DNA of 64,000 bases from Klebsormidium nitens (taxonomy: Eukaryota; Plantae; Klebsormidiophyceae): positions 82,901-146,900 of the forward strand of contig DF237038.1 of the NCBI GenBank assembly GCA_000708835.1, given 5' to 3'. Shown in pieces: positions 31,202-43,973 of the stretch. Position numbers and translations under genes: made by a program. The notes under the pieces are model-generated. The model was not told the DNA's origin. It did no database searches and saw only the letters and a program-made list of their open reading frames with translations. Numbering within the stretch: position 1 is the first letter of the stretch; every line of letters begins with the position of its first letter.

Positions 31202-34200
31202 ATGTTTTCTGCTGGCGGGGGCGGGTGTGAGGAAGCATATGGCTTCCTCCCGTGTTCAAACAGCCTTGCAGGCAGCGTCTCGCTAATTGTAGCTTATGGT
31301 TACATCCTCCTCCAGGGGGCCAATCTGATCTCAGATGGGAGCGAGCTGCTGCTTGAGGTGAGCTGGCATTGCCCCTCTTCAATATTTATATTCCTTCTCT
31401 GAGATTGTGCTGATGATCAGATCCCAATGCTGTTCTCAATTTTCAAGCACACTGGCGTCAAACTCTGCAGATTACCTGTGTGCATTTACCTCCTTTTCTT
31501 CCAGTGCTCATGTATGTGGAGGAGAGTCAATTGGATGACCATCTAAGTGAACTCGAGACAATTGGTCTATTTGCAGACTTTTTGAGCACGGGGAAACTTC
31601 CATGATGATTCCAAAATCTCTGAACACAATACTAGTGACCACATACATCAAGAATCTGAAAATCACCTTTCTTTGTAGACATGAAGACAAACTTTATTGT
31701 CTGCCAGGGTCAGCAGGCAGATCCTTTTTTTTTTTCAGAAAGCAAAGTGGCGCTACTTTACAATCCAAATAATCATTCCGTCATCAAGACCCTCTGTAAT
31801 GACGTACTGTCGCTACTTTTCCTATGATTAGGCCCTCAAGTAAGTCTCTAGCAGAGTCAACCAAGGGACCCTGTCATTAGCTTCTTTGATGAGGGGAATG
31901 TTAAGAGCGATAGCCTCTGAAAGAATTTTCCTCTGGTCCAATTGTGCTGCTCAATACGACGGACAACGAGGCACATGTTGGTTGCATTCAGAGCTCCTCC
32001 AATACCACATCTTTTAAGCTTAAGGTATTCTTTTTGAGAATGTCTCTCAACCTTGCTTTCTTGGGGGCAAGTGCATTGCAGCTTGAGTCAGGCATAACAG
32101 ATGCAATGCCGCGTTAGCTGTCAACATCTGCCTCAAAGTGACCTCTTGCTGAGCCTTTGTTGACTTGTTACGAGTCTGGATCTTTGAGATCAGGCACTAG
32201 AGCATGAGCGAGTGTTCCATCGATCGTTACAGAACGCACAATTTTTCGAGTTCCAGCAACTACTCTTTGATCAATTTTCGACCAGGACCTTTGCAGCTGG
32301 AATGTGGAAGGAAAGACAAGCGACAAAGAAAGGGGAAGAATGCATGTCGAACACAGTCCACGTCCTGACTGTTTTTGTCTTTGGCAGGTTCTGAACCCTG
32401 GCCTCATCGGAGGTCTCCTGCTGCCAATCCTGGGAGCTCTGCCAGACTGTGCTATCATTCTGATGTCTGGCATCGGGGGCACCGTAGAGGAGGCCCAGGT
32501 AAGACGGCGTCTATGCATCATATGCTTCTCGTAGCTTCTGCTCACTTCTTAGCATCCACCCCATTTGCATATGCCCCACCTGGCCCAACATCCCTTTCTG
32601 TCTGCTCTTTGAACTTTCCTCGTCCCATTCCCATCTTCTATTTCGATCTGTCAATTATACTTGGCGTCCGCTTTTCCGGCCAAGTCCCCCTGTCTGGTCG
32701 ACCAAGCTGCAGTTTGTAACTGCAGCTGGTGAATCAAAAGCTAGAGCGGCCATGTTGAATTCTGCAAACACATATCTACTTTAAAAGGACGGTCTAAAAG
32801 TACCACACCCCTGGCAAGTAACCTGCGGACCCGTTAAGACACTGGCTAGGCCCAGGAAAAGAATGAACATGACTGCAAGCCAGCCGCGCTTGGTCCACAT
32901 CATCAGCCCTTTGTGTTGTCTGCTTCACTCCCTCTCCTTCCTTTTCTCTTGAATCCTCTTGTGCCTGGCGTGATGTAGCATTTGTGCTTATTACAGACCG
33001 CATCTGAGCAGGCATCTGCTTTTCACCAAGCGTCAACCACATGAAGTTAATTTCTTACCTTTTCAATATGACAGAGACAGGTTTCACATCCTTAAATTTG
33101 ACCTTAATTCCGAGCGTACAGGAACAAGTTGCTGTGGGGGTGGGGACACTCGCAGGATCCACCATCATGCTGTGCACGATCGCCTGGGGGGGTTCACTCA
33201 TAGCAGGGCGTTGTGACATCGGCGAGAACGGGCTCGCTATTAACAGGAAGCTCACTAAGGGTTGGAGCCTGACGGAGACTGGGGTGTCAACGGACGTGTA
33301 AGTTGCAACATCGAAATTTTTGGTTAAGAACTTCAGCTTGAAAGTTGTCAACGTTCAGGGGGCTCAAGGGTCTAAGCTAGTTGCTAAGTGTCCAATCTTT
33401 ACGCAAGTGCCTCGTTGCTCTCCAAGCCTGGTCTATTGCTTTGCTGGGTGTAAGGAACATCATGATTCGAAGGCAGAAAGCCTCTGTCAATTGGTTCATG
33501 CTGACAGAAACATCAACGAGTTAGATAAGATGTAGTTTGTTTTGTGCCCCTGCCAACGATAAAGGCTTACATCAAGCCTCTTCCTTGCAGAAGCTGTCAC
33601 GATTCCTGTCGTACCTTTCCTTCTTTCAGTTTAATTCACAGGTTCGCTCGCCAGCGCAGTCCTCCCTTTCAGCACCTCACTCGTCCGGCACTGCATCATC
33701 CCTCCTCCATCCCTGCTTTTCGCCTTTGGTTCCATATGGCAACTACGACCTGACATTCTGCCAAGCAGGAAAGATTTTGCCTCTGCTTTACCAGCTCTAT
33801 GCTGAATTATCCTCTCTCCTTTCCATTCCAGCGAGACTCCCCGGAACGCCATCATAATGCTGGGAACCGTCTTCCTGTACCTAGTTGTGCAAGTCCCCGC
33901 CGTATTCGGCCACAACCGCGATCCGATCGTTGATCTGGTTGGCCTCGTCCTCGCAACGCTCACCCTCGCGGCGTACTGCGTCTACCAGGTAAGGCGCATG
34001 CATCAACAGTGGTTGGACTTCGGATGCTTTTTAGCGTGCCACTTGATGCGTTTTTGATGACGGTATCGTTTGACAGTCGTCGTGCTGCGAATCGACTGTC
34101 AGATTTCCTAGCCTTGTTTCAAAGATCGCGGTGGCGTCACACTCTTCTCTGAGATGTCGAATGTTCACCGGTTTGAATACCTACCAGTGCGTGGCATGTG

Positions 34201-37200
34201 CCTGTTACTCCTCGATGGATTGTTGGACCAAGGCACAGAGTCGAAAGACTGTCTTTTTATTTTAGCAATAGTAAGCCCTAGCATTAGTAAGCTCCAACAC
34301 TAACACTAAAAACCTAACCTACAAAATCACCCGCTCCGCACCCGAATCCACCCTAACCCCCAGACTAACCCTACCCGTCCCAGGCTGGTGAGCTTACTAT
34401 TGCTAAAGCTTACTATTGCTCAATTGAAGATTCTTGTCGAAAGCGTTGGTCTCTCGTGATTTTAGGGCAAATGTTCGGGAAGCCAAAGATAACTTACCTT
34501 CTGCACCCCTGCCGCTGAATCACAGCCGCTTGAACGTGGACGAGGATGAAAAGAAACCAATTTTCTCGTCTGGGATTGCTACATTGCTACTACGGCAGTA
34601 TTTTCAGGCTCTGGACGGGGAAGTAAATTCACCGGCGTGGTGTCTCATAGCTAGAAAAAGTTGGGTTTTCGCGCCTGCATTCAGAGACGTTCCTTTCGAG
34701 AAGCTGCGAAGCTGGCTCTGCAGACAAGATCCAAAGCGACTGCTTCATGGCTCTACGAGCCCTGAGTTGTATGACTTCTCGACAACTCTAAAACCGGATC
34801 GCCGCTGCCTTTGTCCGGACTGGTTAAGTTTTGTTTTGAGGGGCACGGACTTTGCCAGGCCATCCATCTAGCCGAAGGATACAGGATTTCTGGTTTGGAT
34901 TAAGTTTCCCTCTTTCTTCACCCCGACAAACATGTATGATCTGTATACGCTTCAAGGAGACTGCGTATCTGGACACGCGTTCTGACGACCAACAGGCTCT
35001 CCGAGGCTGCCCGATAATTCCTCTTTGACCAAAACTCTTTCCGCTCTCGTTGCAGGTCCTGGTTCCTGAGCTCCAGAAGCGGCGCATCCGTTTCGCGCGC
35101 CAGAACTTCCTGCGCCGGTATGCCGTGGGTCACGTCCACAAGCTAGCAGGTGAGGGTCGTCAAGCTCCTATCGATATTGGCTTGCCTCTTTGTTATTTCA
35201 ATAAAGGGGAGATATCGTTCTGACAACGACCGCGCTTCGGGCGACGCTGTACGACGCCGCTATGCGCGGCGGACTGAGCCGAGTCTGGCGGTTCAAATTT
35301 GCGACTCGCAATCGCCGATAAAACGAACAGTAACTCCTCATTTTCGCCCGCACCTGCAAAACACCCGACCTCTCGACCGCCCCGTGCGGCGGCGCAAATT
35401 TGGCACATACATATCGTCGAATTCGGCCGCGCTGCCGACCGATGACCTGACGTAACGCCGTAATGCTAAATGCCACCGCGGTATCAAGTCGACTTACCTA
35501 CGTTTAGGCAGTGTTTACGAGCAAACAGTACGCTGTGTCGAAGTCTTCAGACCTCTTACCCGCTTCTTTCCTTCGACACAAGGGAACTCCAAGGTCAGCA
35601 TATCGCCGATATTCCACCTTTCATAACCAAAGAGGCAAGCCACCGCCGCCACCAGGCGGCCTAACATGTTATCACTTTGCCAGTTACAGCTCAACTTATG
35701 AGTCACATTGCTCTAGCTAATGTTGAGCCGTTGATGTCGTCCAATCGTCGTTTGTGTGGTCCACGATCAAAAAAGTGGGGCCGGAATTTTGGAACTCGAT
35801 GCCAACCTGACGCATAAATTCTGTAGGCGCGGCAACTGGACCGCGGTCCCGAAAAGAACATAGGGTATACGAGATTCTAAACGACAGGTATACAAAGAGG
35901 AAGGAGCAACCGAGAGTCCCTGGTTGCTTGCCTGCTTTTGTATAAGCTGGACTTTCGAATGTGTGTCCCTTGGTTTTTGTTTACTTTATAGCCGTTGCTC
36001 TTGCTCACCCTCTCATCGGAACCGTTCAATTGGCTTTCAATACCGGTTAGTAGACGAAGCGCAAAAAACTGTCTTGGCTATTTTTCTGCATACCTACCCA
36101 GTGACTGTATGGTTCTCCGGCAAACGCGCTGAAATGTTCTTAGCCCAAAGCTCTTCCGCATGGTGGACTGCAAAATGTTGAGACGAATATATCCGAACCG
36201 GTATCGTCCTCATTTGCAGGTAGCACCGGCAAGGACTTGTACGACGCAAATGGCAACATCAATCCTCTTGTGCTCAAGGATATTTTCCGTATCATCGACA
36301 GAAATGGGGACGGGGAGATCGACGCTGATGAGATCAAGGTGCGTCATCGTTTTACGGGACTCAGATCGGCTTCAGCTTTACACTTGCCAAATACGACGGC
36401 CTGAAGAGCTGTTTGTTGTCCTGCGAATTGTTTCGGGCCAGGTTGCCTCAATCCAGGGGGTGCTTGAGATATGTTTGGCTGGCCACGAATGTGTGTTTCT
36501 ATCTACGTGCCAGGTTGCCTCGATCCAGATTGGATCCCTCGTGATATCCCCTGGTATTGTTCTCATTGAGCCATGGTCAAGCCAAAAGTATCATACGTCC
36601 TGTGCTGACTTTGCTTGATCACTCCAATCATTTTTAATTTCACATGTTGTGGTCGCGGGAGTGTTGTCAGCGCTCAATATTGTGTCGTGAAGCGCTATCA
36701 TGGGCCGTAAGCCAGGCCGATCAACCACCTAGAGCATTCAACTTCAGGAGACATTATGACATCGTCACGGGCATGTCCCTCTACTTGCCGAAAAGTCCGT
36801 TTCTGGCAAATTTTTCACCCAGACCTTGCTTCTGGTTGAAAAAGTTCTCTTGACCTCGGATTCATGATACGGGTTTTGTGAACTACCAGGTCGAGAGAAA
36901 GACGTGGACGTCTTATGGTTTCCGAGAAGGCCGGATTCCAGTGTGTCAGTCAGTCCGCTGAATGTCTTCCCTCTTCAGGCTATAATCACAAGGGAATTTA
37001 CAGAGGTAAAACTCATGGATTGACCTGGGTTTTGGCGAAGGCTTTCATCAACTCCCATGTGTAGGAAAAGACATGGACGTTACATGCGTTGCCTTCCAGT
37101 TCGTTAACCTGTCCGGTTTGAAATCGTCTATTTCCTTTTCTCTACCTCCTCTTCAGGCGATGGTCACGAGAACGTCTTTCTCCGCCAAGAACTACCTTGT

Positions 37201-40200
37201 CAACGAGAGCGACATGGACTACGTGTAGCCGCAAAGAAATCCGCCTCCAATTCCGCAACCGCTTCGCTGACAATCCTCTCTTTTTCTATGTAGGCCACGG
37301 TCACGCGGATGTCTCTCTCCGCAAAAAACTACGAGGTCAACAAGAGCAGCATGGACTATGTGTATGTGCCGAGAAAATCGCCTCCGTTGTGTGAACCACT
37401 TTGTTGAGAAAGCTCTCTTTTTCTGTCCAGGCCATGGTCACCGGAGTGTCTCTCTCCGCCAAGAACTACCAGGTCGAGGAGAGTGACGTGGACTGTGTGT
37501 AGCCGCCGCGATATTCGCCTCCAGTTTTTAGCCAGTTCGTTAAGACTCCTCTTTTCTTCTGTTCAGGCCATGGTCACTCTCCGCTAAGAACGACCAGGTC
37601 GCGAGAGCGACTTGGACTATGTGTAGCCGAAAAAAATCCGCCTCCAATGTCAACCACTTTGCTGAGACTCCTTTTTCTTCTCTTCAGGCCATGGTCACCG
37701 GAATGTCGCTCTCTCCCAGGAACTACGAGGTCAACAAGAGCAACATGGATTATGTCTGTAGCCATTGAGGGAACCCCCTCCAGTAGGTCATTATACTTCA
37801 TTATTACTTCGCTGAGACTCCTCTTCTCTACTATTCAGGCCATGGTCACGGAAATGTCTCTCCTTACCCAAAACAACCAGGTCAAGGAGAGTGAAATAGA
37901 CTATGTCTAGCCGGGAAAATCCGCCTCCAGTAGGTCAACCTCCTTCGTTGAGAATCTTCTCTTTTTCTGTTCAGGCCATGGTCACCGGAATGTCGCTGTC
38001 CGCCAAGAACTACCAGGTCGAGGAAAGTGACGTGGACTACTGGATGAACCAGTTCGACGAGGACAAGGGCGGCAGCATTGGCGAGGAAGAGTTCGTCAAG
38101 GGCATGTCCCGCTGGGCCAGCGCCGTAAGCCTTTTACTTGTTTCTTTCTGGGATCCGCTTCTCAAGTTCTGTAGGTTTGGCTCCCAGGATCTTTGGGTTC
38201 GCTTCTCAGACTTTTTGGGTTTCGCTTTTCGGATTCTTTGGCTTTGGCTTCTTAGATTCTTTGGGTTCCGCTTCTCAGATTCTTTCGGTTTGCCTTCTTA
38301 CTTCTACTCCCGGTGGAGAAGCTGGTGCGTTGTCTTCTGTTTGGAGACCCCGTGCGCGCCTTTTCATTCTGCCTGCAGCAAACGGTTTCCGTGCAACCTG
38401 TATGTTGCTTAGTCGTATTTGCAGAGCGGACGCGTTTTCGAGAAGCCAGTCGGGGCCAAGAAGGGCGAGACACAAATAGAGACATCAACCAGGGGCTGAC
38501 TTCTGAATGATGTGATCTGTCCGCTGACGTCATCCCTTGCTGTCGTCGAGAGTGAGAGCCGACCTTTGAAAGTTGCATCGAGGAAAAGGCGCTTCCGCCT
38601 ATCGAGAGGGAGACGCGAGCCGCCTCCTGAAGAATGCATAGCTTGCTGACGTCACCTTCCTGCTGACGTCACTCAGGTGACGCCCAACCGCACCACCAGC
38701 CAGGCGGACCTCGACCTGGAGCAGGCGCTCCTGCCCAACGGCGCCGGGGCGGATGACGACGACGATGACGACAGCGACGAGCAGAAGGAGCCGCCCAGCA
38801 AGCAGGCCATTGCGCTGAAAGCCACGATGCTGCTCGTGCTTGGGACGGCGCTCATTGGAGTCTTCTCCGACCCCCTGGTGAGTACTGCCATTCCCTGGAA
38901 AAGTACAGGTCGACATAATCTCCATCTTTGCTTAGTTGGATCTAGGGAGGACTCACATCTGTACAACCTGGACCCGCCCTTCCTAGTTTTGAAGCCCCAC
39001 ACCTTTTCCGCGGGTCGAACCGATTACCCATCTTCTCTCCCGAGTCTTGACGCGACCCTTAGCTTATTGTGTTTCAGATCCTTGTCATAACCCTTGAGCA
39101 TACAAACCCCCTCGTCTCTTTTAGGTCGCCCCCATTACCATCTTCTCCCGCAAATTCTCATCTCAGAAAGCCTGGTCGTTAGCCCACGAACCAATAAATA
39201 CCCTGGCCTCTTTTCAGGTCGACTCAATCACCCATCTTCTCCGGCGAGCTTGACGCAACCCCTCGCTTGATTTACATCCTTGTCGTAACCCATGAGCCCA
39301 AAACCCCCTCGTCTCTTTCAGGTCGCCCCGATCACAGTCTTCTCCCGCAAACTCTCATGTTAGAAAACCCGGTCGTTTACTCATGAACCCAAAACCCTCG
39401 CCTCTTCCGCAGGTCGACTCGATCACCATCTTCTCCCGCGAGTCCTCCATCCCGCCGTTCTTCGTCTCGTTCGTCGTGACCCCCTTCGCATCCAACGCAA
39501 GCGAGCTGGTGTCGTCCCTCCTCATCGCCTCTAAGAAGCAGTCCAAGAAGATCTCCCTCACCTTTGCGCAGGTGACGCTCTCAGATCGTCTCTTTTGTGA
39601 TTGTCCAAGGCAATCTCTTTCCTTTCCTTTCCGGTCTGGCTTTCTTCGTCGATGCAGAATAAGAGCGCTTGGTCGGTCCATCTCTGTTTCTCTGGTTCTT
39701 TAGGTTTGGCCCAGCACGCCCAAGACTCGTCTATGGAAGTCGCCTCTGTAAATCCCGGATATGGACAAAAGTTGTTTACTTATCCTCTCTTGGGTCTTTC
39801 TCGTTCCGCTCTTCTCCGCTCATTCTCACCCTTGGGAATGCGTGCTTCTTTAAAATGCTCACCAGGCCAGTCCTGTAGGTGATCGGCGCCCGTTCGTGCT
39901 CATCATCTGCTTTGAAATAGAATCGATTCTTCCGTGCCGTCTCCCACTTTCCATGTTCTCTTATTCATCACAAGTTGTCCGACGCTTGCCTGCGCTTAAG
40001 CTCCTTCTGGACCTCGTACTTGCTTGCATCTCGCAATTCCTTTCCCTCCAATATCGTTATACTTGATCCAAGCAGCTGGTTTCAGAACCCACGACGCTGT
40101 TCGGCCTCTATCACTCTACTTGTTTGCTTAAATCCTTGGAATCATGCCAAAGAACTGCGTGTGCATTGCGGGTGACCTTCTTTCCCATACCTTTCGCCGT

Positions 40201-40888
40201 TGACGGTCCACGACAAAGCAACACTCTGAGCTCAGCGCCAAAAGCTGACGTACAGCTTCCATTACCTAAGTTTTCACTCCCGTCACTGTCCGCAGGTGTA
40301 CGGAGCGGTGACCATGAACAACTCCCTGGCGCTCGGCGTCTTCTTGGCGCTGGTCTTCTTCCGGGGCCTCATGTGGGACTTCTCGTCCGAGGTGAGAAGT
40401 TAACCATCTGTGGTTTGCACTTGACTCACGTGACTTTCGCGGCGGCTTCGATGTCCTGTAGCTTTCCAGCACGTGCGAATCGCAGCGACTCGAGCAGCTG
40501 CACGCGGGCTTCTTGGTCGCTGGACAAGGCGGCAGTGGTCCGAGGCCGTCGCTGACGTATGAACCACCTGGTTAGACCATGCTGTTTTTGACCTCACCAC
40601 GTGGCTTCGCCAGTGTATCCTTTTGGCCTAACCACATGGATTCACCAACTTTTCCTCCGCTTGGCCGGGTTAGCTGACAATGTACCTCCGCCTAACCACG
40701 TAGCTTAATCATTCCTACTCATGTGCCTGACGCAGGTGACCGTCATCATGGTGACTGTGCTCAGCCTCGGCATCATGGGCTCTCAGGCACGTACGCTCAA
40801 GCTGTGGCACGCTTTCGTCATGTTGGCCTTCTATCCTCTGTCGATTGGGCTCGTGGCTTTCCTAGATTACGGCCTGGGTTGGCACTAG
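31202..40888 (+). CDS. NCL: Na+/Ca2+ exchanger-like protein with EF-hands (EF-CAX/NCL family)
   Basis: Exons 31198-31357 (CEEAYGFLPC..ISDGSELLLE), 32388-32498 (PGLIGGLLLPILGALPD), 33122-33297, 33832-33988, 35056-35149, 36220-36338 (EF-hand DRNGDGEIDADE), 37975-38124 (DEDKGGSIGEEE), 38677-38877, 39413-39571 (PFASNASE), 40296-40391 (MNNSLALGVFL..WDFSSE), 40736-40888. A phase-compatible upstream exon 30588-30679 is possible. Confidence 0.93.
34261..34423 (+). mobile_element. Hairpin element copy 2 (same core, unrelated 34-bp inverted arms), inside an NCL intron
   Basis: Left arm tttagcaatagtaagccctagcattagtaagctc pairs with gagcttactattgctaaagcttactattgctcaa. Core: ctaaaaacctaacc..aatcacccgctccgcaccc..caccctaacc..cccgtccc. 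Confidence 0.8.
36760..37910 (+). repeat. Array of NCL exon-head echoes (period about 136 bp)
   Basis: AG-bounded copies at 37157-37222, 37294-37359, 37431-37496, 37567-37620 (deleted), 37688-37753 and 37839-37904, each followed by GT. Older decayed remnants lie at 36760-37000. Confidence 0.92.
38150..38300. repeat. About 22-bp minisatellite downstream of the donor of the second NCL EF-hand exon
   Basis: About 6 copies of gcttctcagattctttgggttc-like units. Confidence 0.8.
39000..39360 (+). repeat. Four echoes of the NCL VDSITIFSR exon head, arranged as a higher-order A-B dimer
   Basis: gtcg..atcaccatcttctcccg-like heads near 39014, 39125, 39218 and 39322. Copies 1 and 3 share one spacer type and copies 2 and 4 share another. 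The real exon starts at 39413. Confidence 0.85.
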
Positions 40889-42354
40889 GGCTGCTAAATC
40901 AAGTAACGCATTCACCTTTTTGGAGCGTCGTTTACATTGTTGTTGCGTTTGAGATGGATTGCGCACGGGGTTGCCAAGTGCATATGCGGCAGTGTCGGCA
41001 CATTGTGCTGGTAATGTTGACGAGCTTTTGTCCAAAGCTCAAAAAAACACCAAAAAGGTTCCCAGGCAGAAGCTCGATAAAGGTGTGTATTTAGTCTGGT
41101 TAAATGTTCCTGAAAGTTTTTCAATAAAGTGTCGGTAGGGGCAATGGACCATCTCATGTGGGAGTTAGTAGAAGAAACTTTTTGCGACGCCCCACGTTAA
41201 GTGAGCTGTTAGGCTAAACCAATCCTTTGAAAGGATGGGAGTTGCGTTATGAACCACCTTACTTCAGCAGATGACCATTTGCAAGCTTGATAATCAGCTT
41301 GCAAGTTTTCAGAGTTGACCATCGGTAGGTCGGAACGGCCTACTTCCTCTAAAAGAACAATTTATTATTTATTTCGGCAAGTTATTTTCACCAACTGGTT
41401 GTCAACTTGCCACAGGCTGCATGTACTCAATATCATGCGCAAGTAGCTTGTAATTTTCGAGCAAGGACGTCCAAGATTCGTGGAAATACATGGCGCTCAT
41501 GTGTGAAGGTGCGCAACCTATATTTTGCCGCAATCCTTGTTATTTGGACCATCTTGAGAATGGCCCGGCCTGATAGGTGACCGTTGTTGCGGGATATTTA
41601 TAGGTTGCATGCATGCGTTTGATCCATGGCAGTGACATGCTATAATTTCGGCCCACCTACGTTAGTATCGCAACAACTTAGACTAGCTATGGCGCTAATA
41701 TGCTCGGTAGAGGTTGACCTGAATGATTGAAGCTGCCAGATTTCTTTCTGAGCATGATGTGCGATCTTGAGTCACACACCATCTTGGCGCTCGCTTGATT
41801 ATTCCAAGGCAAGTAATGATCTACGCGTATAAAAATGGGTGGCTTCATATACGAATTGCATTTGAAGCTACTGTAGGCCGCCGGTGTGTTGGAATTGCCT
41901 TTGCACAAGCTACCTATGGTGGGTCCCGGCCGAGTCGACTTCGACTCAAACCGCGACGAAAATGTGGGACCCGGTATCAAATTTCGTCAGTAGTACCGGC
42001 GGTTCACGTTACGACGACTCGGACTTCCGTAACATGTACCCAACGAGTACTTTCAAAATCTTGCTCGGCCGTAACCGAGTGTCATAATGGTGTAACAGAG
42101 TGTTTTGATTTACACTTTGACAGAAGCATAAAAATGCCACACTATGAGGAGGCTTATGCAGCTTATAGAAACCTTTGACAAGCAAAAAAAAATGTTGAAA
42201 GGGCGTCATTAGAGGTCCTTTGAAGCTCCAACATCATGTTTTGTTCAGGACAAATCTCAAGAAACAGCATAGGAGGCGCAAAGTGGGCCGCCATTGTTGA
42301 TTTTTGCAGAGCGCCTTTCCTTACACTGCTCTATCAAATTCCTGCACTCTCCTT

Positions 42355-42580
42355 TCAGTCTGGGTACCGCGGTACTCCTGCGTGGTTCAAGTCGGAAGTT
42401 CCGACCAAGACCATAAATTTCATAATCGATGTACGCGCAGACTCGAGCGGTACCGTACCTCCGCATAGTACGCACTTGACCGTTGATCGACGTGTCAGAA
42501 AAAGTTCAATTCATGAACTCAGACCTGATTCTCAAGTACTGCCGAGTACGGTCGTCAGTGCCGCGTACACAATTCGTCGC
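42355..42580. other. GTAC-rich island
   Basis: About 9 GTAC in about 215 bp (counted by eye), upstream of the second kinase gene. Confidence 0.6.
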
Positions 42581-43973
42581 GACACGTAACACCGGTGTAA
42601 GAAATTTGAGACCGGACCGTCGCGCGGTCGATACCGTCGAGACCCACCATAGGTAGCTTGTGTGAGCAACTCACTTAGGCATACTGCACATGCGCCATAA
42701 CTTATATATCAAAATGTGCCAATGCAGAAGGGAACGGGCTCATTCAGTGACCCTGCAGCTAGGTCGGGACAAATATCGAGTATTGATGTTTGATGCTTGA
42801 TGCTTGATTACTTGATGCATGCCAATGATGATAAATTTGTGTCCCTCACTTAATGGCTTGTGGATATCATTGTGGATGGGGACCCCGCGAACTCATCAAC
42901 TTACTCACCCACGCCGCGTTCTTTCAGCTTCAGCTTACGATTGCGTAGGGTGTGGCGTTCATGCAACAACAAAGCTGTTTGTTTATTTGTGAATGCGCTT
43001 GAAGCCTTGACTAGTTTGAGTGTCACGGAATCAGCATGCAACATGTTGTGATCACCAAGGAGTCAAGGACGGGGCTGACCGGCGGAGAGGGATCATCCTG
43101 GAGTTCTGGATTTGTGACGGCCTCAACCTCGCCGCGCAATCCGCATCGTTCGACGGTCAATATAGAGTTAAGGATCCAGTGGCCTATCGTAGAGCCGTCG
43201 ATTGGGCCGACTCTTTCGGGCGGGGACCTCCGGGGAAGTAGGGGCTGGCTCTTTCAAAGCCGTCAACTTTGCCGGGCGCTGCCGGGAGGACGAAACCCAA
43301 AGCAGTCAAGGGAAGGCAGGCTTTTTGACGGAACCCTAACGAACCGTCATCGGCCAGTTGCAATCAGCTAAAGACTCAGACTTGCGCTTCAATTTCAAGA
43401 TTCATGAGCTCTGCTCTGATTCTGAGAGAAAACGTTTCAAACCCCGCAGCATTGCAAGGTTTCCACTCCTCTGATGTTTCTCCTCTGTTGGATGCCTTGG
43501 ATGCTGCTTGGATGGCAGAATCATTAGTACTCAAAGACCAACAGTTCTGCTTGATGAAGACTGCAGCGCCAGCTCTTTGAACCGTCTTGTTGAAGTCTGC
43601 TGGCTTCCGAAGTCTGCCAAAGATTACCCTCATCTCTTGACCTGTATCCGTTGAGCTTTCTTCAATAACCTGCTCTCGTACAGCCTTCACAGCAAAGTGT
43701 CCGTAAAGTAGTGTCAATCATCAGAGGCTTGCTGTAAGAAGGCTCTTACAAGAGTCAGCAAGCAAAGGAGGCCTGCAACTGGGATGTTTTTGAAAGGAAG
43801 GTTCTCTTGATAACTGCGTGCTCAGACGAACCTTCATATTTTGCACCTAAGCTGACTGGAACCAGCCTTAGACTCTGTTTGAGTCCAACAAAATGGTTGC
43901 GAAGCGAAGGAGAGGTTTGAAGCAGGACATTTGTTGGTTGGAAACTGGGAGAGAGAACCTATGCTTGCCAGCA

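Noticed and set aside
37157-37910. Regularly spaced repeats resembling a CRISPR array
   Set aside because: The repeats are copies of the host exon and the spacers are homologous to each other.
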